41,166 nucleotides of DNA, from positions 280,485 to 321,650 of IMG/VR virus record IMGVR_UViG_3300028886_000031. One strand, 5' to 3'. The notes beneath the pieces were generated by a model. It did no database searches and had not been told where the DNA came from. It saw only the letters and a list, made by a program, of their open reading frames with translations. The position numbers were made by a program, and so were the translations under genes. Source of the stretch: a virus. Lineage: Duplodnaviria > Heunggongvirae > Uroviricota > Caudoviricetes. Positions within the stretch are counted from its first letter, which is position 1. Each line of letters begins with the position of its first letter. Of this stretch, positions 33,276 to 41,166 are shown piece after piece.

Positions 33276-33920
33276 TTATTTCCATTCTAAAGCTTTGAAA
33301 TGAAGTAAGTATTCATTTTTCATGCAATATTTTGGATCAAAGTCATTTATACAATTAAAAAAGTTCGATCTATTCTTTTCGAACCCTAGAGGTATCTGTT
33401 TATTATATATCTTGTTATTTTTAAACACAGTACATTCTATATTCGAAGCATTTTCATGAGAATACTTATTCTTTTCCGAACCCATGAAATAAATATCTGA
33501 CCATTTACATTTCCTATTATTAATATCTACACTAAGAGTCTTAAAACATCTTTTAGATAATAACTTATTATCAAATGGTTTAATTGGATAAGTATCACAG
33601 TCTAAATAAATACCGCCATATTTATTAATAAGGTGTATTCTAAATACATCAGTAAACCATATATCTCTAGCTTTTTTACTATGAGACAAATTCTGTCTCT
33701 TCCATTCTTTATTATAAAGTTTATAATATGATGAGTTTACATCTTTTAGTTTTTCTTTAGTTTCAATAACATCAGCATTATTACTTCCAAATAATTGCGG
33801 AATATGTACTAATTCAATATCAAAACCATCATTCATTTTTTTAAAAGCATCCATTGAAAAATAAACATACTTTGGTATGTCTCTTCCAATCCAAATGAAG
33901 AACAGTTTCTTAGGAATCAT
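33276..33920 (-). CDS. GT32 family glycosyltransferase
   Basis: MIPKKLFFIWIG; TDVFR..LI.KYGGIYLDCDT; YLLH-x5-W. Confidence 0.85.
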   Translation of the reverse strand: MIPKKLFFIWIGRDIPKYVYFSMDAFKKMNDGFDIELVHIPQLFGSNNADVIETKEKLKDVNSSYYKLYNKEWKRQNLSHSKKARDIWFTDVFRIHLINKYGGIYLDCDTYPIKPFDNKLLSKRCFKTLSVDINNRKCKWSDIYFMGSEKNKYSHENASNIECTVFKNNKIYNKQIPLGFEKNRSNFFNCINDFDPKYCMKNEYLLHFKALEWK

Positions 33921-34614
33921 ATTCTTTTAATCCATCTTTAAAGCATTGAGATATATTTGAATTTTTAAAATATCTAATTCTGTCTTTTGCCATAAATTGA
34001 CAATGTTTACAGACAGTATTTGTAACTATATTATCATAGGAATCTATTGTCATTACATCTTTCAGACTTCTAAATAATATATCTTGTTTTTGTAACATTT
34101 GTGCTACAAAAATTTGGTTACTACAATGTGAATATATAAATTCATTATTTATTTTGCATATAGATACACCACAATTTAATCCACAATCTTTTTTTAACTC
34201 CTGGTTATTTTCTGTGGGAGATATATAAAAATTAAAGTGAGTATACTTCTTTTTATTCATATTATTTAAATTATTAAAAGTATAATATTTAATTCCCATA
34301 GATTCTATTATATCTTTATATTTTGAATTATTGCTTGAATTTGTAGAAACTTCAAGTTTTGTATTCAAATTATCTTTAAGATATCTACATATATCTACAA
34401 AATAAGGATTTGTTGTTGGTTCACCACCTATAATTGTAACATGCTCAAATTTATCACTTCCGATATCATTAATTTCACTCGTGATATATTTAATATCATT
34501 TATATCCATGACGCTGTTCGGATTTTTTTGTTTAATATTGCATAGTCTTACACAGCATGGACATTTCCAGTTACATTCCAACGTGATATTTAATTCTATC
34601 CATTTTTTTGTCAT
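33910..34614 (-). CDS. Radical SAM protein
   Basis: CNWKCPCC (CxxxCxxC), IIGGEPT, STN; extra C-terminal Cys (CGLNC, CSN, CKHC). Confidence 0.85.
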   Translation of the reverse strand: MTKKWIELNITLECNWKCPCCVRLCNIKQKNPNSVMDINDIKYITSEINDIGSDKFEHVTIIGGEPTTNPYFVDICRYLKDNLNTKLEVSTNSSNNSKYKDIIESMGIKYYTFNNLNNMNKKKYTHFNFYISPTENNQELKKDCGLNCGVSICKINNEFIYSHCSNQIFVAQMLQKQDILFRSLKDVMTIDSYDNIVTNTVCKHCQFMAKDRIRYFKNSNISQCFKDGLKEYDS

Positions 34615-35315
34615 GTTGATTCTACCTTCATTAATATTTTATCATATTTACATATAGGTGTACGATTCGTTTTCCACGTTCTATCAACAAAATGTTCTAT
34701 ATAACTTTCTGTGTTCTCACTTCTATCTTTTAATTTACAATCAAAGAACAATTTCTTTCTCCATTCCCATTCTGGATGGTATTTTCCTGGTTTATAAAAA
34801 CCTACATTAAATGTATTAAATATACCAAAACAATCGTATATAGGATGTTCATTTCTCTCTTTCCCGACAAAGAAATTATCTCTATACCTATGCTCTGGAT
34901 CATAAGAAGGAAAAGCATAACTACAAAAAGACTTATTTTTTAAAAGAAAAGTATCAAATGGTTTTACAGGATATGTATCACAGTCTAGATAGATTCCACC
35001 ATAATGATTTAATATTTCAAATCTCAACATATTAGCTACGGTCTGTATAAATTTTCTCAAACATCTATAGAATTGACTTACATGATGTCTAAAAATTTTA
35101 TCCGATTTTTTGAGTATGTATGATACACAGTTTCTGACATGAACATCATATATAGATTTTTGTAAACTTTCTATATTCTCTATTTCTTCTACGGAGTATT
35201 CTATTAAATCTACTTGGAAATCTGGATTAACTTCTTTAAAAGCATTAATTGCATAATCTACGTAATCCGGTTTATTGTCACCTAACCAAATAAAAAATAA
35301 ATTCTTAGGTATCAT
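34611..35315 (-). CDS. GT32 family glycosyltransferase
   Basis: MIPKNLFFIWLG (start set at 35315); YGGIYLDCDT; YIEH-x5-W. Confidence 0.85.
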   Translation of the reverse strand: MIPKNLFFIWLGDNKPDYVDYAINAFKEVNPDFQVDLIEYSVEEIENIESLQKSIYDVHVRNCVSYILKKSDKIFRHHVSQFYRCLRKFIQTVANMLRFEILNHYGGIYLDCDTYPVKPFDTFLLKNKSFCSYAFPSYDPEHRYRDNFFVGKERNEHPIYDCFGIFNTFNVGFYKPGKYHPEWEWRKKLFFDCKLKDRSENTESYIEHFVDRTWKTNRTPICKYDKILMKVEST

Positions 35316-35997
35316 AAATCTCCTTATCATATTTACATAAAGGCGTTAATATGTCTTTATGTTTTCTTTTTTGCCATGTTCTATCTTCAAAGTGTTCTAT
35401 ATAATATTCTGACTCTAAATTCTCTATATACTTTAATCTACATTCGTAGAATCTTTTTCTTCTTATATACCATTTATTTTTCGGTAATATTCTTTCAATA
35501 TTATAAACTCTATCAAATTTATAATCAGATTTATAGATGCCAGGAGAACAGCCTAGAAAAAAACAATCCTTAGGCCATGGATCGTTTATGTTATGTACAC
35601 AGAAATTTTCATTGTTTAATAACTCATCATCAAATGGTTTAATTGGAAATGTATCACAATCCAGATAAATACCACCATACGTATTAATGATTTTAAGTCG
35701 AAAAATATTAGCTAATATTTGTATAAATCTTCTCTTACTATATGTTGTATACGCTATAATAGACTTTTTATAGAGAATATTTTTCTTCGGATTATCCTTG
35801 TTCAATATATAATAAATACATTCTTTAATTTCCTTATCGTACTTCTTATTGCTTGGTTCTTCTATATCTCTAATTGTTTTGTGTATTAACTCTACATTAA
35901 AATCTGGATTAGCTTCTTTGAACGCACTAATTGCGAAATCTACATAGTTTGGTTTGTTATCGCCAAACCAAATAAACCATATTCTTTTAGGTATCAT
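35305..35997 (-). CDS. GT32 family glycosyltransferase
   Basis: MIPKRIWFIWFG; YGGIYLDCDT; YIEH-x5-W. Confidence 0.85.
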   Translation of the reverse strand: MIPKRIWFIWFGDNKPNYVDFAISAFKEANPDFNVELIHKTIRDIEEPSNKKYDKEIKECIYYILNKDNPKKNILYKKSIIAYTTYSKRRFIQILANIFRLKIINTYGGIYLDCDTFPIKPFDDELLNNENFCVHNINDPWPKDCFFLGCSPGIYKSDYKFDRVYNIERILPKNKWYIRRKRFYECRLKYIENLESEYYIEHFEDRTWQKRKHKDILTPLCKYDKEIYDT

Positions 35998-36701
35998 TAT
36001 ATTTTATGTCTCGTTTTTAGATAAAAATTGATATACTTAGCACATTTAGAAAATGAAGAATATGGACTATAACTTACAGATTTACACATTGTCATAATTA
36101 TCCATTCTTCGTAACATCTTAATTTTTTTTCTAAGTAGAATATTTTATTATCATTTAAATTTTTCTTGCACCATTCTATATCATCACTGAATATAATACA
36201 ATTTCCATTGATTTTTTGTAATCTTTTAGTTATAGATTTTTTTGTCTGGAAAAATTTTCCATTATAAGCATGTATAAAATCTTTTCTTCTAATATGGACA
36301 GCATAATAATTTTTTAAATTAAAATTTGTTTTAGATCTAATTTTTTCCCATAAATCATTATTATAAAAGATTGTACTAAAAATACATATCTGTTTATATT
36401 GTTTTGGCATAGAAAAATTAAATCCTTTGAATGTTACAGTATCTCCATGAAACTTCTCATTGTTTTTTATAGATGTTTTATATAATAGATTATAAGTATC
36501 TTTATCATACGAGAATTTGTCGTATATATTTACAAAAAAATCTCTTATGTAAGAAAAATAATTATGTTTAATGGTTAAGCCATTCTTATAGAAAAAAATC
36601 TTATCATAATCAATTTTATATCTGTTACAATAATTATAAACTGTATATATAGCTAATAATATATTACCAAATCTACCGCCCATACCTAGATAGCTAACCA
36701 T
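35997..36701 (-). CDS. GT11 family glycosyltransferase
   Basis: GGRFGN, AVHIRRKDF, IFSDDIEWC, MTMC, SSFS. Confidence 0.8.
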   Translation of the reverse strand: MVSYLGMGGRFGNILLAIYTVYNYCNRYKIDYDKIFFYKNGLTIKHNYFSYIRDFFVNIYDKFSYDKDTYNLLYKTSIKNNEKFHGDTVTFKGFNFSMPKQYKQICIFSTIFYNNDLWEKIRSKTNFNLKNYYAVHIRRKDFIHAYNGKFFQTKKSITKRLQKINGNCIIFSDDIEWCKKNLNDNKIFYLEKKLRCYEEWIIMTMCKSVSYSPYSSFSKCAKYINFYLKTRHKI

Positions 36702-36711
36702 ATATTTTCAT

Positions 36712-37335
36712 TTACTTTCTATCATACTTACATAAAGGCGTTCTTAAATTATTAGGATTCCATGTAAAATCATGATAATGATTTATGTAATAGAAATTTG
36801 GATCTCCATAATATTCACCATATTTTAAAGTACAATTATAAAATTTATCACGTAACACATTGTAATCACCACACTCTGTATGTGGATATAGAAATACATT
36901 ATTGTGCTTTTTACTCTTTTTTAATTCTTCTAGACTTATTGTTCCAATGAAGAAAACATCCCGAACACAGAATTGATTCTTGCCCCATGAAATTAATACA
37001 TCGAACTTATCATGGTTTAGAAGTTTATCATCAAATGGTCTAACCGGAAATGTATCACAATCCAAATAGATTCCGCCATATTTCTCTAAAAGCTTATATC
37101 TATAAATATTAGCAACACTCTGAATGAATTTTCTATCTTTCCTATTTTCTTTAATGGCTGAGTCTACACTAGATCTAAGAATTGGATCTATTGGGTTTTC
37201 TATATCATTTATTTTCCATTCAATAAGATCGATTTTAAAATTTGGATTAACTTCCTTAAATGTATTGACGGAAAAATCTACATAATTTGGTTTATTATCA
37301 CCTAGCCATATAAAAAAAATTTGTTTAGGAATCAT
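36712..37335 (-). CDS. GT32 family glycosyltransferase
   Basis: MIPKQIFFIWLG (start set at 37335); YGGIYLDCDT; YINH-x5-W. Confidence 0.85.
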   Translation of the reverse strand: MIPKQIFFIWLGDNKPNYVDFSVNTFKEVNPNFKIDLIEWKINDIENPIDPILRSSVDSAIKENRKDRKFIQSVANIYRYKLLEKYGGIYLDCDTFPVRPFDDKLLNHDKFDVLISWGKNQFCVRDVFFIGTISLEELKKSKKHNNVFLYPHTECGDYNVLRDKFYNCTLKYGEYYGDPNFYYINHYHDFTWNPNNLRTPLCKYDRK

Positions 37336-37339
37336 AGAT

Positions 37340-38026
37340 CTACCCACGCATTCTCTTACATATTGAAAGATTTAAACACATTGGAGTAATGTTTTCTTTA
37401 TATAATAAATATTGCATATATATTTGATCCCCTCCATTATTTCTTAATCCAGGCGTTTTTTTATATGGAATTTCACAAATTTTTGGATAATCTTCATTCA
37501 TCATATTTTTCCATTTTGTTATGAAATCTAAACTAAAACTATTATTTTTTAGACATATGAATGTTGCTTGATAGTGTGGAAATTTATTTAGGAAAGTATT
37601 ATCTACATTATACTTATTTTTAAATTCATTTGTACACACTATTTTAATTGGACAGAAATTAAGCGGTGGTCGAAGACATAATAGTAAATAATTGCTATTG
37701 TAAAAATTATCCAATTCTTTATCTACATCTAAGAGATATTTTCCATCCTTTTCAAAATCGCATCCAGCATCAAAATATACTAGTAGATCTATATCTTTTG
37801 ATAATTTTTGTAATTCCTGGTTTATTATATATGGTTTCCAAATATAGTTATGAAAACCTCTATTGACTTTCTTCTGTTTTAAAATAAAATTTTTAAAATG
37901 CTCATCCTCTATATCATGTTCATTGAATATATTCAATTTCTTATTAACAGCATCAAACTCACTTAATAATCTCGGTTTAAACTTTTTCCAATTAGATGTA
38001 GCAAATGTTATATATTTTACTTTCAT
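37340..38026 (-). CDS. Unassigned GT-A-like nucleotide-sugar transferase
   Basis: RGF..YIWKPYII, LVYFDAG and GDQ motifs resemble small GT-A proteins of polysaccharide loci; coupled within the GT operon. Confidence 0.6.
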   Translation of the reverse strand: MKVKYITFATSNWKKFKPRLLSEFDAVNKKLNIFNEHDIEDEHFKNFILKQKKVNRGFHNYIWKPYIINQELQKLSKDIDLLVYFDAGCDFEKDGKYLLDVDKELDNFYNSNYLLLCLRPPLNFCPIKIVCTNEFKNKYNVDNTFLNKFPHYQATFICLKNNSFSLDFITKWKNMMNEDYPKICEIPYKKTPGLRNNGGDQIYMQYLLYKENITPMCLNLSICKRMRG

Positions 38027-38036
38027 AATTTTATCC

Positions 38037-38660
38037 TTAATATTTAAAGGTTCTTAACCAGTAGTGATCTATATAATGTATATTTGGGTCATTAAAATGA
38101 TCACCATATTTTAATGTACAATTATAGAATTTTGTACATAAATCCATATACTTTTCATTTTTATGTAAATTATTTCCATACCCACTTCTTGTTGGTAATA
38201 GACAGGATTTATCTTTACAATTTCTTTCATATCCAATAAAGAAACAATCTTTTTTATTGTTATTCTGCTGACATATGAATTTATTTTTAGATAGAAGTTC
38301 ATCATCAAATGGCTTAATTGGAAATGTATCACAATCTAGATAAATACCACCGTATAAATACAAATAAGAGAATCTTAAAGGAACAGATAATTTTATCTTA
38401 TAAACAGAATCAAATGATTTATACCTGTTATTATAATCTGGGTCCAGACTATCTTTTTTAATACAATCTATTTGCTGTGGTTTAAGAATTTTAGCAATAT
38501 TTCCTTTATAAGATTTAGAATCTTCTACATCCTGATCACTAAAATGTATAAAATCTATAATAAAACTTGGATTAACTTCTTTAAACGCATTAATTGCAAA
38601 ATCCACATAGTTTGGTTTGTTATCACCAAGCCATACAAATAATAGTCTTTTCTGTATCAT
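38037..38660 (-). CDS. GT32 family glycosyltransferase
   Basis: MIQKRLLFVWLG; LR..YLY.YGGIYLDCDT; YIDH. Confidence 0.85.
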   Translation of the reverse strand: MIQKRLLFVWLGDNKPNYVDFAINAFKEVNPSFIIDFIHFSDQDVEDSKSYKGNIAKILKPQQIDCIKKDSLDPDYNNRYKSFDSVYKIKLSVPLRFSYLYLYGGIYLDCDTFPIKPFDDELLSKNKFICQQNNNKKDCFFIGYERNCKDKSCLLPTRSGYGNNLHKNEKYMDLCTKFYNCTLKYGDHFNDPNIHYIDHYWLRTFKY

Positions 38661-39397
38661 ACATCAAAATTATAAATAAAAGTTTGTAAATGATTATTAA
38701 CAGGCTTAAATAAACTTGTTTTCAAACAACAATTATAAAAAGCCATTTTCATAGACTGATAATCTCTATCATTATAGTCTATCGGTGGAAATAAATGAAA
38801 ATCAATATTCTTCACAAAATTTGGACATACTCCAAATAGTGCCGTACTTGGACAGATGTTAAAATTCTTATTAGCCATCGAAATAAAGCATTCATGATTA
38901 AGAATTTCATCCAAAGGTCTAATACAGAAGTTTTTTAAACTACTATAAATTCCGCCATATGTATATATAAGAGTAAAATTATATTTATTTGCAAGTTTAT
39001 ACAATATAACATCATCATCTAATAATTTTAGATCTATATTATCTTGCTTAATAATTTTTTTTGTTATCTTGTCTCTTAGAAATTCACTTCTTGTAAATTG
39101 AAGAATATCTATTTTATAATTACTATTAAACTCTCTAAAGGAATTTATACAGCATCTCATATAAGATTCTTCTTCACCAAGACATACAAAGAATATATGT
39201 CTCGGAATCTTTGGTGTTTTTTTATTTAGAAATTTTATATTTTTAACACTAATTCTAGAAAAATTCTTTGGCTCTGGTTTCTGTTCTTCTTGTTTGTTTA
39301 TTTGATTTTCCATCTGATAACCAGTTTTGTCTAACAGCCATAAAAAAGTTTTTTGAAAGATTTTCTTAAACATAAGACAACATTCCATTGCTTTCAT
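38657..39397 (-). CDS. Degenerate GT32-like protein lacking DxD
   Basis: KIPRHIFFVCLG and YGGIY retained, but LDCDT is replaced by SSLKN; N-terminal extension. Confidence 0.7.
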   Translation of the reverse strand: MKAMECCLMFKKIFQKTFLWLLDKTGYQMENQINKQEEQKPEPKNFSRISVKNIKFLNKKTPKIPRHIFFVCLGEEESYMRCCINSFREFNSNYKIDILQFTRSEFLRDKITKKIIKQDNIDLKLLDDDVILYKLANKYNFTLIYTYGGIYSSLKNFCIRPLDEILNHECFISMANKNFNICPSTALFGVCPNFVKNIDFHLFPPIDYNDRDYQSMKMAFYNCCLKTSLFKPVNNHLQTFIYNFDV

Positions 39398-40208
39398 TTA
39401 ATATTTTAGATATCTGGCTAAAAAAACTCCCTGGATTTTTTATCACGGATCCACACAGGGAAAGTAGAATCATATCCTCAAAAGGTTTATTATCTCTAAT
39501 GATATTTACATTTCTATAAATTTCAAAATTATCTTCCAGCCATTTTACATCATCAGAGAATAATAAAACATTTTTATCTTTATTATCTTCAATTATTTCA
39601 ACAATATCTTGTTTTGTATACAATTTCTTATGTCTATAAAAATCTATCATACGTGATTGTACATCTTCTATCAGGACATCCGGATTTTCAATTCCTATAT
39701 AATCCTCGCGACGAATATGAATACCAATACAATTTTTGGTAAGTATATCAGAATATTTCTTCTTTAATCTGGATACTAATTTCTTAGGTCTACAAATTCT
39801 GTTTAATAAGATATAATCAAAATATGGGTCTTTTAATCTAAAAAAATCATCCAATGACCAATAATTTTTAAATATAATATCAGAATCCTTATTAAAATTA
39901 TCATTATACTTATAGAAATTATATAATAATGTTATATCAGTAAGACACTTAATATCTACCACTTCAAAATTATCGAAATAGCCTTTATCAACGTCTTTAA
40001 ATATATAATCTACATTAGAAAACATTTCCTGACAGTCATGGAATACATATTCATTTTTCTTATTTCGTAAAAGACTTTTATTTTTGTAATTGTAATCTAT
40101 AACAATTTTTCTAGATGATATATCATTATTTTGACAGAACTTAAATAATCCATAAATATAGGAAATACACTCTCCAAGTCTCCCACCATTTCCAATATAT
40201 GATAGCAT
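39366..40208 (-). CDS. GT11 family glycosyltransferase
   Basis: GGRLGE, GIHIRREDY, FSDDVKW, DMILLSLC, SFFS. Confidence 0.8.
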   Translation of the reverse strand: MLSYIGNGGRLGECISYIYGLFKFCQNNDISSRKIVIDYNYKNKSLLRNKKNEYVFHDCQEMFSNVDYIFKDVDKGYFDNFEVVDIKCLTDITLLYNFYKYNDNFNKDSDIIFKNYWSLDDFFRLKDPYFDYILLNRICRPKKLVSRLKKKYSDILTKNCIGIHIRREDYIGIENPDVLIEDVQSRMIDFYRHKKLYTKQDIVEIIEDNKDKNVLLFSDDVKWLEDNFEIYRNVNIIRDNKPFEDMILLSLCGSVIKNPGSFFSQISKILNESNGMLSYV

Positions 40209-41002
40209 TATTTTTCTCCATAGAGATAATCATCATATTCACAATATAGATCACTTTTTCTATAATCACATTGCCATTTTCTACCTGGAAAATGCATTAT
40301 ATATTGTGAATAAAAGAAATTGGACTTATATAATTTCAACTCTTTATTAAAAAACTTAGTTCTCATTTCTTTAAAATTAGAAGAGTTGTCAAAATTTCTA
40401 ATCCAAGGTGGATTTAACGGATTTTTAAAATCAGCACCAGTTGTAAATACAACATCATCTTCTGTATATTCTTTTCTTAATCCTACAAAATATATATCCG
40501 TATACGTATAGCAATGATAGTTTTGTATATTGTGTGTAAAATTTAAATCATAATATTTCGTATAGTCATCTGACAGATTTTTTACTTCAACCTTTTTATT
40601 TCTCATACATAGAACATTTTGGGAAAAACCATTATAACTTATAAGTTTATCATCGAATGGTTTAACAGGGAATGTATCACAATCTAAATAAATTCCGCCA
40701 TAATAATATAGAAGTTCAAAACGCAAGAAATCGGATAATATCTGTATAAAATTAAATTTACTTTCTATCCTCTTTGAGATATAATCATAATATTTATTTT
40801 TAACACCTTTGGTCGTTTGAAATATATATTCTTTACAGCATTTTAAAACACTATCGTTTGCATTCAAGATATCATCTATTGTATATCTTATAAACTCTAT
40901 ATTAAATTTTGGATTAATAGATTTATAAGAATTAATAGCATAATCTACATAATCCGGTTTTTTATCACCAAGCCATATAAAGAAAATTTGTTTTGCTATC
41001 AT
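40208..41002 (-). CDS. GT32 family glycosyltransferase
   Basis: MIAKQIFFIWLG; SDFLR..LL.YYGGIYLDCDT; YIMH-x5-W. Confidence 0.85.
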   Translation of the reverse strand: MIAKQIFFIWLGDKKPDYVDYAINSYKSINPKFNIEFIRYTIDDILNANDSVLKCCKEYIFQTTKGVKNKYYDYISKRIESKFNFIQILSDFLRFELLYYYGGIYLDCDTFPVKPFDDKLISYNGFSQNVLCMRNKKVEVKNLSDDYTKYYDLNFTHNIQNYHCYTYTDIYFVGLRKEYTEDDVVFTTGADFKNPLNPPWIRNFDNSSNFKEMRTKFFNKELKLYKSNFFYSQYIMHFPGRKWQCDYRKSDLYCEYDDYLYGEK

Positions 41003-41011
41003 CTTCTAACT

Positions 41012-41164
41012 CTAGTGCTTTTTAACTAACAGCCAAACATCTTTACGAATTTTGTCTTTCAATTTAAATAATTGATATAATCCATTAATTATCTTACCAG
41101 TAAACTCTAAAAGAAAATATATTGATGGTTTGTATATTTTATAGTTAATAACACATTCATCTAT
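41012..41164 (-). CDS. 3' end of a gene truncated by the window edge
   Basis: Open frame IDECVINY...LLVKKH* ending at TAG 41012-41014; the operon continues beyond the window. Confidence 0.55.
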   Translation of the reverse strand: MDECVINYKIYKPSIYFLLEFTGKIINGLYQLFKLKDKIRKDVWLLVKKH

Positions 41165-41166
41165 TG

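Noticed and set aside
11774-41002. Diversity-generating retroelement (TR/VR) explaining GT32 similarity
   Set aside because: No reverse transcriptase in the window; shared boxes encode conserved catalytic motifs and differences are not adenine-specific
1-41166. Stop-codon reassignment (TAG=Gln, Lak-type code)
   Set aside because: Code 11 gives dense, long, unbroken ORFs (1406, 775, 570, 498 aa); TAG falls at natural gene ends; no suppressor tRNA seen. The in-frame TAGs at 41012 and just before 41002 look coincidental
1-41166. Bacterial chromosome capsule locus or archaeal origin (FrhB, TagF, KhpA, SufS)
   Set aside because: gp23-like capsid, tail module, HNH, CCA-encoding tRNA cluster and dense small hypothetical genes indicate a large phage; the FrhB-like domain is the type found in polysaccharide loci, not evidence of methanogen metabolism

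Overview
AT-rich segment of a large tailed phage (T4 gp23-like major capsid protein at 31707-33203; standard code 11; no rRNA or host housekeeping context). Left to right: (1) 1-6.4 kb, a cassette of small plus-strand genes with strong AAAGGAG Shine-Dalgarno sites, including four tandem genes that share only an N-terminal M(I/V)RNDFVSNSSS(S/T)S(F/Y) leader; (2) 6.5-9.4 kb, a tRNA cluster (Ile2-CAT, Asn, Ala, Gly, initiator Met, a broken Ala-like tRNA in front of an HNH endonuclease, and an initiator-derived tRNA-like RNA with an aberrant anticodon loop), several with long variable arms and apparently compensated tertiary-contact changes; (3) a glycan-synthesis system in two blocks (7.1-15.2 kb and 33.3-41 kb) with 13 glycosyltransferase-like ORFs (8 GT32, 3 GT11, one GT2-TagF fusion, one unassigned GT-A), a pyruvyltransferase-FrhB fusion, a radical SAM enzyme and a tagD remnant; (4) a PAS/GAF-like gene paired with a holin-like gene, and a ferritin-like gene paired with a cysteine desulfurase; (5) 18.6-33.2 kb, a late/structural region with a large tail/baseplate protein, KhpA, Nudix, a candidate u-spanin plus holin, a degenerate macrodomain, several proteins with a shared N-terminal YSF(L/V)xE motif resembling a capsid-targeting/prohead-cleavage signal, and the capsid gene. 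A recurrent (C/T)GAATAAA(A/T)TTAAA motif roughly 30-55 nt upstream of these genes is a candidate late promoter. The best candidates for new biology are the glycosyltransferase system next to the capsid gene, the non-canonical tRNAs and the two N-terminal leader systems. All family calls are motif recognition by eye, not database searches.
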